From the NCBI RefSeq assembly GCF_000315625.1, contig NW_005434666.1, positions 321,781-385,780 of the forward strand: DNA of 64,000 nucleotides, read 5' to 3'. A program made the translations under genes and the position numbers. The notes below the pieces were generated by a model, which made no database searches, was not told where the DNA came from, and saw only the letters and a program-made list of their open reading frames with translations. Of this stretch, positions 1 through 13,078 are shown piece by piece (the first letter of the stretch is position 1; each line of letters begins with the position of its first letter). The stretch is from Guillardia theta CCMP2712. Its lineage: Eukaryota; Protista; Cryptophyta.

Positions 1-3000
1 ACAACTGTCACGGTAAAGTTCGGCCCGTAGCCGATGAAGCTGGAGGACAAGAGCAGGTTGCCTCGTTGCGACGGCAGGACTTTGACAAGCTGCTGGACTG
101 CCATGAACGGAGCGAGATCGTCGTAGACAAGGACCAGAGTGTCTGTGTCATTCACCATCAGCATCTGCGAGAGGTTCTGATTCGGATCTGGGGTGAAACC
201 TTCAACCATGCTGTACAATTCACCGTGGAACTGGCCGGAGTTCACATCATCTTCAAGGAGGTACAAGATGGTGGACTTGTTTGCATTCAGGCTGGAAACC
301 TTGACAGAGAGAATGTCCCTGTATCTATAATAAGCACAACATGCGCAACAGAGCAGGCGGTGACCTCTGAGTCGCGTCAAGATTCTGGTCATAGTCGATC
401 AACTGGACTGAGAGGATCGACCCCGCGTACATCTGAGCCGAACAAGAGATCTGCCCCAAGAAGGCATTCATGACCTGAACAGACACGTCAGAGGAGGAGG
501 ATGAGGAGGAAGAGAAGAATCATGAGAAGGAGGAGGCAGGAGGAGCAGCAGACAGGAGGAGCAGGAGCAGGAGCAGGAGCAGGAGTAGGAGCGGGAGGAG
601 AGGGCCTGACATTAGCACTATTGCGAGTGACGGCAGGGGGGAACCGATCCAAGTAAGTCCAAGTCAGCAAGTCCCCAGCTGAGACGCCCCCAGAGAAGAA
701 GGTGTTTGCGGGAAATGCCAAAGTCCCGGCGGAGTAGGAGGAGTCGCCAAGGAACAGGAAGCAGGAGAATTCTCCGGCGCGGGTCAGGTCCCTCAGCAAG
801 TTCAGGCCGAGAGATCTCTCGGCGACTGTTGTCTTGATGGTCAAATTGACGGCGATAGAGCCCTCGACAACATCAAGGTCACGCACTCCAACCCTGAGCA
901 GGGAGCAAGTGTAAAGTCAGAGAGACAAGGCAAGGAGGAGCAATGAGGAGCCGAGATCAAGGAGGGATGTTATGAAACTACCTCAGTACTCCTTCCGTTC
1001 TCAACCGCCTCTGGTCGATGGAAAACTTGCCAATGTCCGCAACCTTTACGGACAGGCTCGTCGAAGGGACGGTGATCATGGTTACCAACAGTGTGTCTCC
1101 TTGCACGGCAGCGATCGACTCGTACGCGTATGCTGTGCTGACGTCACCGCCGACCTTCTCGAGCACGAAAAATGAACCTGTCAAACCCTCAACCTACAGC
1201 TCCCAGCAGACTCCCAGCAGACTTACCCGTGTAGACAGTTTGGTTCGATGCGTTCTTGACAAGCTTGATCGTGACAGCAGAAGGGTCGTCATTGACAAAC
1301 ACGTTCGCTCTCAGCTGGGCTTGCGACGAGTAAACGGAGTTGATGTCAACGATTAGCGAAAGGAAGATTCTGTTGCCAAGCAGTGCTGTGGAGTTGTCGC
1401 TCACCAGCCGCGGCATCGCCCTCAGCATCGTTGTTTGGGCCCTTTGCTGGATTCCAGCTGGGGTGACATCGTCATATAGGAAGGTCAGAGAAGACGAGGA
1501 GATGTTCAACGACGAGTTCGACTCTACCAGACAGCACAAGTCAGACTACAGTCCGGGATCGTTATAGACGTTACCGATGATCCAGTCGCTGCATGTTGAG
1601 CCAAGACAGTCTGAATCTTGCTTGCACAATACTACCATGTCCACGTTGGAGCAGGAGCGAAGACCCGCATTCCCCTCATTCCCACCCTGAGCGCTGATTT
1701 TTGAAGTGAAAATTCCGGTCTGGTTGCCGGTCTCTTGGAGGACCAGGAAGTATCTCCCTCCCGCGCTGCTGTTGCTGATGTTTGCTACTTCCACCTTAAC
1801 GGTGTCAACAGCAGGAGACAGGTCGCTGTCGGAGTCAAAGACGGAGACTTCGAGAGGCTGGAGCCAGTCTGCCACAGGAGGAGCAACGAGGACGCCGGGG
1901 ACGGACTCGCGAGCATACAAGAAGTCTTTTATCACCGTCCCACTTTCGTCGAGGTAGACCAGCTCGACTGATGAGCCTGGAAGGACATCGAGAAAACCTG
2001 ACTGGCTGGCACCCATGGCAGTCGACTCGAAACTTTGGAGGAAGCCGGAGAAAATGCCCGTGGACGGGCCCGTTTCGATCAAAGTCACGTTCTCCACGTC
2101 GCGGGTTGACGGGTTGGTGACCATGGCACTTGCATTCTCTGTCACGGAACTTTTCCTGCCATGACGTCATCTCCTCTCAGGTCACGCGGAAGACGAGTAC
2201 AACTCCTTACCGGTCGAGATTTCTGGCAGCAAGGACGACATGAATCCTTGCTCCGACCTTGAGGATGTGGTTGTACAGGAGAAACTTTCCGTTAATCTTT
2301 GCCCGGAAGAGGAACTGGCTGCGGATGGAAAAGGTAGGAGAGTTGTCTTGATAGTATGCCTGCAAGGAATATCAGCTAGAAGATTTCCGTTTTGCATGTC
2401 ATACCGCAATGACATTCCCTGGTGTAACCACAACCAAATTCTCACCACCTGGCACCCTAGAGATGTTGGTGACGCTTTCAGCTGCGATGGTCTGGAAGGT
2501 CCCAGTGAAAGTCGAGCTGTCCTGTGAAGACTCTGTGAGGATCACTTGGTACAAACTCTCATCAGGAGCAGCCGACACCACAGCAGAGGCCTGCTCTGTC
2601 TGCGAGGGATGCTCGTTGAGATCAGGATCCCAGACCGAGATCGTGAGCGTAGTCCCCACGTCAAAGGCACAGATCTCCTCTGATTGGTAAAGAAAACAAT
2701 CTGATGACCCTGATAGCGCGACATTCCCCACGTTGGAGGAATAGACGTGAAAGGACTGGAACAGCGAGTCGTAGCCTGTGTTGTGGACCAGCTGGAGGAG
2801 GTCGCCAGCCCTGGCTGGGATGACATTTGAGTTCGGAGTGAACTGAGCGGCACAGTCCCGTAGTTCATCTATGATCTTGACTTGGCCTGAGAAGGTCAGG
2901 CAGCCACCAGAGCAGTTCCTAGCAAGAGAGACGTCGGAAGTGAAAGTCTGCACGCCTTTGCGGAGGATGGAGATCTGGACGGGGATGGAACCGTTCGAGG

Positions 3001-6000
3001 CGGCAGCAGGAGCGCTGAAATATTCCACCCCAACGTCCAGGAAGCCCTCCAACCTCAACTTCTCCTTAAACCCTCGGGGACGCGCAGAGAAAACCGGCTG
3101 GAGCTCTCTTTGCACAGTCTGGACGAAGGAGACTGACTGATATGGAGCAGAATCTTGATAGTTCAGAGTGAAGTTCCTCCCTGCCTCCACCAGGAGCTCC
3201 ACTGTGGAACCTTGGGGATAAATGCAGGTTGCCATGCCAGTGTCTCTCAGGAGAAGGGTCCCTGCAAAGTACTGCGGCTCCTGCTGGCTTCTCCTGAGGA
3301 GGATGGTGCAGTTTGACAGAGGAGAAGAGACGGAGACGGAGACGGAGTCCTCGAGGACGTCAAGGCCGAAGAGGCGGATAGAGACTTTGTCTCCCAGGCG
3401 AGGAGATGGGGGAGAGATGAAGAAGACCGATTGCGCGGAAGCTGCGACAGAGGTTGAGTTGCTGAAGACAACTGGCTGCGGCATCGAAGAGTTGTACTCC
3501 ACCGTCAAGTTGGATCCAACAGGGAGAGTTTGAGAGCCTCCGATCTGATAGAGGTCGAAGAATGCAGTGAGAGACGGAGGACTCGTATGGTCTGCGGTCA
3601 ACAGGACTTGTTCGCTCCGATTGAGGTAACTCAACGTGACGAAAGGTTTTGTGACATTTCTGCTGTCTTGCAGCAACCTCAAGTATTGTTGATCGAACAC
3701 CTGGATCATCATTCGCCCAGCAAACTGCACGTGCTGAAGCACAATTTTCACCCTAGGGAAGTACTGTACTGTGCGGACGATGACGTGATTGAACGGCGAC
3801 ACGTCCATGTAGGTAACACTGATCGTATGCCCCGTGGCAGTCTGCAAGCTGTGACTCAGGACCTGGTCATAGCCAACGGTCGCCGTGAAGACTCCAGTTG
3901 ACAGTCCAGTCTCAACAAGCTTGACAACGATGCGATCTGAGAACGAGCTGCTGTCCACATGGGCAGAAGCCTCATCAACTTGTTGGTCGTTGAGATTCAG
4001 GTCCTGGTCTTCAACCTTGAGCAATGGACGTGAGCTATAGTAAGGTCCACGTCATCAGCCTTACCCTGACGTCAACGTCCTGCTCCTCGTAAGGGTAGAC
4101 AGGATCGACGACGAGGACGGCAGTGAAACTTTCCACGATCTTCACAACCTCCATGGCAACCCTGGAGAGTGAGCGAGTGAGCGATGGGAGCATGCAATTC
4201 AACAGGTTATTGTACGAGGTTGCCGGAGATCTGTCGACGTACTCGATGAAAACTTCATCTCCAGCGCTGACCACCAGCTCAGCATCAGCTTGGCTGTTAG
4301 CTGGACAGAAGTAGATTGCTGAAGGGTCTCCCGGGGCCATCAGCGAGTTGATGTTGGAGCAGAAACTACTTAGCTGCCTTGACGTCTCTTCTTTGAGCAT
4401 GACCGAGCCCACGAAGCTGCGGGGACGACGTCAACGCAAACAGGGGGGGGGGCAGGAGAAGGAAGGGAGACAAATACCTTCCTGTCTTGAGGCCATCGTT
4501 GATGAGCACAACCGTCTGGTTGCCGTACCTCATGACTCCCGCCGTGCCCAGCACATACAGGCGCACGTCGACACTCTGGACGCTGACCAGGTCGAGATCC
4601 AGCAACTGGATCGAGAGGTTCGTTCCCGACTTGGCGACCTTTGGTGTCAAAATCCTAGAGATTGAACCAGACTGCACGACACTGATCGTGCTGAAACGCA
4701 ACTTCCCAGCTGCGTCCGAGCTGCTTGGAGCGTCCAGGTATGTGACGTTCAGCACATCCCCAGCTAGGACATGAATCACTCCGTCCTGCTGATCATCGAC
4801 AACGGGGCTGTCGTGAGTGAGGAGGACTCCCGTAAAGACCGCGGAGCTGGGAGCAGTCTCCGACAACATGACGACCTCCGCTCGCTCCTTCCCAGCCCTA
4901 ACGACCACAGAGGAGCAAAGGGTGAAGTTGGTACAGTAAGGATTGACAGCCTTGTCTAGCATTGGGATGGAGAGCGAGGATTCTGCACTCTGGACCGTCA
5001 CGTTGACAGTGTCAATGACCAGGTTGTTCAAGTTCCTGTCGGTGTCGTTGACAATGATGACCAGCGAGGATCCAGCAGGAAGGGACGCGCTTGTCACTCC
5101 AGTCGATCCTGTCTGAAAGGTCCCACAGATCGCTGGAACGCTGCAGGAGAAGCTCGGACCGCAAGTACCAGCGTACTGCAAGCTCTCAGCACAGTAGGGG
5201 TTGCGGTCAAAGAGGAAGGAAGGTATGATTTGCGGACAAGCCCCAGAGGAGGAGGAGCAGTCGCTGCCGAAGACGAATTCCTTGATGATTTGCCGCCGTG
5301 GGATGCCCGTGGGGTTTGTGTAAGTGACCACAAGGCGCGAGCCAGGCTTCGGGACGAGATTCGCCTGCTTGAAACGGTCAAAAATTTCTCCTCCACACTA
5401 GAGGCAAGTATTTGGACCTGCGCGAATACGACAGAGGCGCCGTAGAGGGACAGGCTCTTGTTGGCCTCGTATAGGGTTGGAGTGTTGACAGGCCCCGAGT
5501 CCAACTTGTACGTGATCTGAAGGTTCGAGAGAACCGCAGGAGATGGGTCTTGGACGATCAAGGTAATGTTCGGAACTGTGTACAGCAAGGTGGAGGGAGC
5601 AACGGAGAGCCAACCTGGTCTACATCTCAGCAAAATGAACCACCGGGGGCAAATGGAGAAGAAGGGAGAGCGCGAGGGCAGAGAGCGAGCTAGATGCAAG
5701 CTTGCAAAAGGCGACTGACCGGGGTATCCCATGATGCATGAAGAGCTGATGGATGTCAGTGGATTCTTGTCAAAGTAGGTGAACGAGATCGTTTCTCCTT
5801 GCAGTACGCGGTATGTACTTCCTTGCACCGCTGCTGCTGCGTCTGCAGTGAGGATCGACGCTGTGAAGACTCCGCTGGTAGCTGCTGTCTCCGTCAGAGT
5901 CACGTTCTGATCGAACGCTGGAGAACTGACGTGCACCAGGACCAAGCAGCTGCAGGACGATCAGAACAGTCACAGCTATGAGCACGGGAAAGCTCACCTG

Positions 6001-8560
6001 TCGATCCCGTCCGAGACATCCAGGTCCTTGTCAGACACAGTGATCATGATGGATCTTCCTATCTCACACTTGCCAGCATCAGAATCCGTCTGTACCACAT
6101 TCAAGATGCCCGTCCGTTGGGTGTCGATGACTTTCCTTACTGCCGACGCGCCGGCCGTCTGGTCGAAGTATTCAAGAGTGAAGGGGTAGGACTGAACCCC
6201 TGTGAGAATGGGAAACTCCAGCATCGCACTGCCGCTGCCCCTCTGCCCCACCGACACTTGAGCTGAGAAACTGGAAGAGTCGAGTCCATCCTCAGTCAAG
6301 TTGAGCGTGATCGATCCATCGGAGGAGGTGAGATTCAGCAGGCCTACGTAGGACTCCGACATGACCGGGTCCCGGTTCAAGTCCGCATCTACCACAAAGA
6401 CCACCAGCGAGCTGATTCCCGCACCAACCTTAGAAGTCGAGGTGGTCATGGACCCTTGGTGTCCGAACTCAAGGCTTGCATTCAAGTACCTCCAGCCCTG
6501 AGTTGTCATATCAGGGTAAGAGACCAGGAAGCTGATCGGAGTGCCGCTGGTTGACAGGTTTCTCTGCAGCACCGCTTGATAGGCCGACTCAAGGTCAAGA
6601 GCCCCGGTGAAACTTCCCGCATCTAGTCCTGTTTCCAACAGCTTCACGGTAGAAAGGAGAGCAGACTCGAATTGGAGCTGTACAGAGATCTCGTCTTGGA
6701 AGAAAGGGTCGAAGTTCGCGTCCAAGTCCATGACAGAGACAGAAATCGAATGATTGTGCAGTACGGTGGATGAAGGTAGAGAGAGAGAGCCGGGGGTGTA
6801 GATTCGCAGGAGTTTCTGACAGAGCAACGGAGGGGAGTAGTCTATGTAGGAGAACGAGATGAAGGCGTCGGACCACGAGTAGGGCAGGGAAGAAATGCTC
6901 AAAAGCTTTTCGTACGAGCTGCTTGTTGCGATCTCCATCTTCTGACCGAAACTGTTTGTTCCCTGCTGAATCCAGACGGTGGGTCCGAAGTGATCGACTT
7001 GAGACCAAAAATCACTTGAAATATCGAGTTCTTCGTAGATATCATTGTCAACCACTGTTATTGAGATTGGAGATGATGGCAGGATATTATGATTCGGAAT
7101 CATTTCTATCTGGGCTTCTATATCCTTGCTGGCAAATATTGTGATATCCCTGGTCTGACCGTCGTCCTGAACATCCAGGTAGGAGATGGAAAGATTTGCA
7201 GAGCTACTGATATCGTTTGAGAGCTTTGTCGTGAACACTCCAGTACTCTCCCCCGTCTCGAACAGTACCAAGCTGATCGTTGCGGCATCATGATGTATCG
7301 ACGATGAAATGTTTTCAATTGCTGACGGGTCAAGGTTCCTGTCCGAATCTCTTATCTCCAACATTTTGTAGAATGATGCATTTGGAGATGCGAAGAACGG
7401 TCCGAAGGGACTTGTGCTTGAGGCTTTCCAAAGTTTGATGGTTGCATTAGAAAGCACAGGGACGTAAACGACCTATGAGGTATGGGTCAGTTTGAAACTT
7501 CCTTCGACTGGAGACATACCTGTTCAAGACTCGAAACTTCCGAGGTGTATGAGAAAGCTATCAGATCGTGGACTTCAATGCCAAGTATACTATTTTCGAC
7601 AAGTCGACTCAATCCCAGACTTGTTGACAAGTTCCCCGCAAATTCACCCTTCATTTCATCTACCAACCCCAGTGTAAAATTGTATCCCGGGCGCCTCTGG
7701 GATGAAACAAAAATGGAAGCATTTCGAGAATTTCTGACATTGGTATCGAAGACTCTGACAGAAACTCGCGCACCGCTCAGGAGAGGCAGAGCAGGGGGGT
7801 CGAGAACGATCGACGGCCTGCAATAGATCCGAACGCTTGCGTTGAGAGTTCCGACGACGTTCGTGGAAACGGGGCTGTACATGAGAAGTAAGCTGTAAGC
7901 TGCAGCAGACTTGAGATCTTGGCAAGGCATGCTCAAAGTGAATTGGTCATTGTGAGTAGAAATCGTGGTATGTAGCGCGTCAGAATGTGTCTGGATTGCT
8001 GATAGAAATGTTCCCGGAAGCTGCTGGTAGAGAACAACATTCGTGATGTTGTTGCACGAGTCCAGTATACAGATCTTCAGGGTAGCGTTCACTGTTTGGT
8101 ATTGTTGGGCATTTCCATCCTGCAGTTTGACTTGCAGCACCGACCCTAGAAGAATCTGATGTGGCACTATGAAATTGGGTAGATCATAAACATGAACTGG
8201 AGTTGATAAAGTACACGAAGAGTTAGCTTCAAAGTAGATCTCGAGGGGCTCTCCTGGCAGTACTGCCACAGTGTTGCTAGGCAGAATCTGAAGTTCTGAA
8301 CGCCTCACCGTCGTTACGGTCGCCGTATAAGAGGATGAATCATTCCTGCGCAACTGGACTATTCTGCTAGAAGCATTTGATAGTTTTTGAGAGATAGTTG
8401 CATATACAAATTCTGGCCCTGCTGGCAAACCGCCTAGTGAAACAGCAAACGATTCACCTACCGTAACAGACTGCGGCGTTACTAAAAGTTGCTGGGCGTT
8501 CACGACCTCGGCGATTCCCATGAAAAGCAGGAGCGCACGAACGTTCTTGAAGCTGTACAT
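1..8560 (-). CDS. Giant secreted/surface protein (>2,500 aa, multi-exon, 3' end outside window) with repeated DxDxN...LxETGxxTGxF beta-rich modules
   Basis: ATG 8560 with signal peptide MYSFKNVRALLLFMGIAEVVNA. Consecutive minus-strand ORFs (7487-8560, 5994-7457, 5094-5945, 4366-5331, 2399-4024, 1546-2145, 1189-1539, 978-1184) are separated by short intron-sized gaps and share the repeat motif. Confidence 0.8.
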
Positions 8561-9458
8561 GGCTGCGCTATCTCAAACTGACTTGAAACATCATGATCGA
8601 AGTTGGTTTGCCATGTTCTGCAAACATTCTAGAACTTCTATCTTCGCCCCCTCACTCTTTCTCCCAGTCAGCCCAACAATCCTCAAAAGGATGGCGAGCA
8701 ACCGCCCGCATCATCCCGCACCCCTATCTTTAGTGTAGCCCTTGGCATAACCCCACCCAGGTCAAATTGAAGCAAATTCCGTTCCGATGCGGGGTACGGT
8801 ACCAAGAATACCCCACCCCACCCCACTTCAACCCCATGAATGGGTTTGTCAAAATTTGACATCTGACAGGCCCGCCTCAATGTGATTCTACTGAGTTCAC
8901 CCGGCGGCGGGCATCGGGCCATCATTTAGGAGATGTATATAGCGGTTTGGCGAGGCCCGTGCTTCAAGTGGCCATTCAAGTCACTAGTACTAAGTCAACT
9001 TGATGCGGGGGGGCCGGCCGGTGACTGAGTACAGTGTCAATTATTTTGTTCCTGGACTCGTACTGAGTACGAGGCCTCACTCTCACTCAAAGTTAAGTTA
9101 ATCAGTACGAGGAGAGGAGAGGAGGCTTGACCCTGACGCTGTCGGAAAAGACAGCGAGAACCAACCCTCAGCATCCCGCCCTGCCCGTCGGGAAAACTAG
9201 TGACTAACTTGAGTAACTTGAGTGATTTCGCCGTCACGGGAACGGGTTCCGGGCCCCGGCCACCCCTCCGAGTACTTCCCAGGCGGTTGGAAATCTGTGG
9301 TGCGTCTGAGCACTGGGTGGACTTCCATGGACAACCACTACGAGACGAGGGGGGGGCATGGCGGAGCGATGAAACCCTCCTGTCCTCTTGCGACATGAGC
9401 AGTAGGTGCGAGATGAGCTGGCAAGGCGGCAGCTGCGGCAGATAAATCCACACAGGCA

Positions 9459-12400
9459 GTGACGGAGATGGAGAAGTTTTACGGGCTCAAGGTAAGGACT
9501 ATTCAGCGGGACAACCTCTTTAAGGCTCCCAACAAAATCATCAACCTGAAGCCTCTGCCCCGTAGCTCTCTCCGAGAAGCTCTTGCTGAGTCATACTTCG
9601 ACCAGTTCAAGGGCCCCGCTCCGCTCAGCAACAGCTTCCGCGAGAGGACGGAGTTCATAGAAAAGCTCTTGGATCCCGACGACGACGACCTGGAACACGT
9701 CTTCAATGAGTGGGACAAGGACAAGAATGGTTCGATCAGCATGGAGGAGATGCAGGGTGCACTACAGAGGCTGAACATCAACTATGCAAGGGGTGAGATA
9801 GAGGACTTCTTCAACGCCATGGACGTCAACAACGACGGCTCCATCAGCATGCAGGAGTTCAAGAGGGCGGTGAACACTCCCTGCGCGCTTGAGCGCTGGG
9901 TCTTAGCGCTGCCGATCTCTCGCCTGATCGCCAGCGTCCTGCCCAAGGGAGATGCCAACAACCCCCTCAAGGGTCTCCTTGCGATGGACCGAGACGGGTT
10001 CAAGCAAGTCTGCGATCAGTTGCATCCAATGCTGCTGCAGCTGTTCTCTACCAGGAAGGATCGCCTGGCGGCAGCGCTGGACAAGATGCAGATGAGTAAA
10101 AAGAAGAGCACGGAGGCGGAATCGAAATTCAGCATCTATTCGTTGGAGAGAGGGAAGAGTTGTGGGACTATCGAAGACTTCAAGAAGGGCATCCAGAGCA
10201 GAGTCGGTAAGTCAAACCTTGTTTGCTTTTTAACTGCCCTGACCGCGATTGCCTGTTTGAAAGGTTATCCTAATGACAACATCTACGTCGGCATGGAGAG
10301 AGAACACTGCCAGATGAAAGATTCACACAAATACTTCAAGACGACTAACTACGACATCGACACCTTCCCGATGCACGAATGGAGGCTCGTCACCGACCCC
10401 AAGTACCAGAAGAAGGAGAAGCCAAAGATCACAGCTCGTAGCAAGGATCGGAAGCTGGTGCCCGTGGAGGAACTGATGAAGAGCGACTGTGTCGTGCGCG
10501 CGAACCTCTCCCAAGAGGAAGTGATTGCGGTCAACCTCTATTCGGGGCCCATGTTCTACGTCTACAACACAGTCCTCAGGCGATCCCCCCCAGCCTTCTA
10601 CAAGCAGCTAGAGGGGAACAACTATCCGAGCACCATCCATGCGCTCGTGAGCGCTCTGATCAAGCTGCAGTCAGCTATGGACATACCCGAGGGGCTCACG
10701 CTGTACCGAGGACTGGGGCATTCATCGCTACCAGCAGGTTTTTACGGGGAGGATGGGGGGATGAAAGGCTTCACAGAGCTGGGCTTCATGAGCACAACGA
10801 CAGACAAAGATGTGGCGATCGAGTACTCCAAGATGAAGGAGGGAAATCCGGTAGGCCCTGTGCAGCAGCTAGTCCTACGACTGACCTGTGCACTCAGCTT
10901 GCTACAGTCCTGTCGATGCAGTGCGGGGCTGTGGACAGGGCAGCTAACATCCAGGAGATCTCGCAGTATCCTCGTGAGAAGGAGTATCTATGGGTACCCA
11001 TCGCCCGTTGGTCTGTCGCGATGTGACGTTGCCCGCCAGGTCCCGCTATCGTACATCGAGCCACAGGGCGAACAACACATTTTAGTGTCAACCGACGGGG
11101 CAGTGACTGTGATACCTGTGCGGACCAACAGCAACCTGAAGGCGGAGACGGTGGAGGAGATCGAGAAGAGAAGAAAGGACATGTGCATCGCCGCTTTCAC
11201 CTTCAACAAGCAAGATCTCCACATCAAGTTGTCTCAGATCTCTGCCCAACAAGCCTTCACCAACCGCAAACTTGATCCGCTGGACAAAGGGTCCAAGCTT
11301 TCAGTCTTGCAGTCCATCGAGGCCAACTATGAACATCTGGGGAAGAGAATAGAGGACAAGAAGAGCAGGGATTTTCACAGTGATCAAAACTATCGAGCGA
11401 TCTTCACAGACATCATTGAGATGAAGTCTTGGGCGGTGGAAAAGCTAGAGTATTTCCTTGAAGAAGTGACAGAATTTAGCACTAACGCAAACAAGTGGTC
11501 ATTGCGAGATGCGCATCGGAAGCTGATGTTCAAGCTTCAGAAAGAAATGCTAGCAGGGAAGGGCGAAGATGAAGAGCAAATCAAACGCTCTGCCTTCAGG
11601 TTATGCCAGATTCGAGGGTCTGTGATCCTAGACCTTGAAGAGAGGAACGAGCTGGAGGAGACGCCGCTGATACAAGCAGCTGCTGACGGGCGCTTGTCAA
11701 ACTTGGCGCTTCTCATCAAGGCAGGAGCGAAAGTTAACGCCAAGACAAGGGATGGGACGACGGCTCTCATGAAGGCTGCCGAGTACAACAACGCGCAGTG
11801 CTTGGAGGCCTTGATCCTCGCCAAGGCTGACCTCGAGCAGCGGCAGGCAGAGACAGGGCACTCGGCCTTGACGTTAGCTGCGCGGTATGAGGGTCGACGG
11901 ATGATGCGAGGGGGTGATGATGTTTCAACTCAGGCGAGGAAACGCGGCGTGCATGGACCTGCTGCTGAAGAACGACGCCGATGCCAATGCACAGCTGTCG
12001 TCCGGTGGGTACACAGCAGCGACGCTCGTGTGCCGATACAACCATCACGATTGTCTGGGCGTTCTGATCGAGAGGAACGCTCCTCTGAACCTCGTCTTGA
12101 GCAACCAGTGGACGGCGCTGATGGTAGCGAGTTACTTCGGGAGCTCCGGTGACTTGTTCTCCTTTGACTGGGGTTGTGATGACCGTGATCAATCAGAATG
12201 TATCCGACCGTTGATACAGGCCAAGTGTGACGTTGACGAGATCATCGAAGAATCGATGACAACAGCCCTCATGTTCGCCTCCCGCAAGGGTCAACTGGAA
12301 TGCGTCCAAGAGCTGATAGGTGAGCGTGTCCTCTACCACTGAGAACGTCTGACCACGAGGATCCAAGGCTGCAACGCCAAGATCGACCTCGCGAACAAGC

Positions 12401-12740
12401 TCGGGGTCACGGCATTGATGGAGACGGCGAAACATGGGCACGAACAATGCCTGGCTCTGCTGCTTGCCAGCAAGGCAGACGTGAACAAGAGCGACGACAA
12501 GGGATTTTCCGCTCTCATGCATGCTGCTGAGGTGACGTGCTGACCGACCCGAAGGCTCGTTGACGTCTTTGACTGCAGAAGGACAACGTTGACTGTGTCC
12601 AGCTACTTCTGAATCACGAGGCATCGCCCAAGCAGAGGAGTTTGAATGGCAAGACTGCAGAGACTCTGGCGCCGCCCAATAGCAAAAGCCTGCGAGCCAT
12701 CCAGATCGTCTCGCAGGCAAGTCTAGGCAACAGCTCGTGA
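9459..12740 (+). CDS. EF-hand + mono-ADP-ribosyltransferase (R-S-ExE class) + ankyrin repeat protein
   Basis: EF-hands DKDKNGSISMEE and DVNNDGSISMQE. ART motifs LYRG (~10701) and GFMSTT (~10785), and after splicing out 10851-10897, SQYPREKEYLW. Ankyrin repeats ETPLIQAA, GTTALMKAA, TALMVAS, TALMFAS, TALMETA. Start and stop approximate. Confidence 0.85.
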
Positions 12741-13078
12741 TGACGAGGTGAGAGGAGCCTGGCGGCTGCCCTGGGATGTTCGCGTCCTCCAGGTCTCCCC
12801 GCCTCCCCCCAAGGAAAGGCGAGGAGATGCACGGGTGATCTGCATGGCGGGAGGAGCAGGGAGAAGGAGGGAACCTAAAGGAAGGAACAGAGATCGTCGT
12901 TAGCAGGAAGGACGGAGAGGAGAGGAGGAGGAAGGGGAGCTGGGGAAGGGAGGGAGAGCAAGGGGCAGGGGATGATGTGGAGGAATAAGAACAAGCTTGG
13001 CTCCATCTAAATCTGGATTTTCATAACCAAGACATAAATAACATGAATGGGGAACAGGAGCTATGTTCGGCCCAGTCG

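Noticed and set aside
9459-12152. The 897-aa ORF taken as the true protein
   Set aside because: It reads through several introns (e.g. ~10207-10263, 10851-10897, 10994-11039, ~11885-11932) and so misses the ExE motif and later ankyrin repeats.
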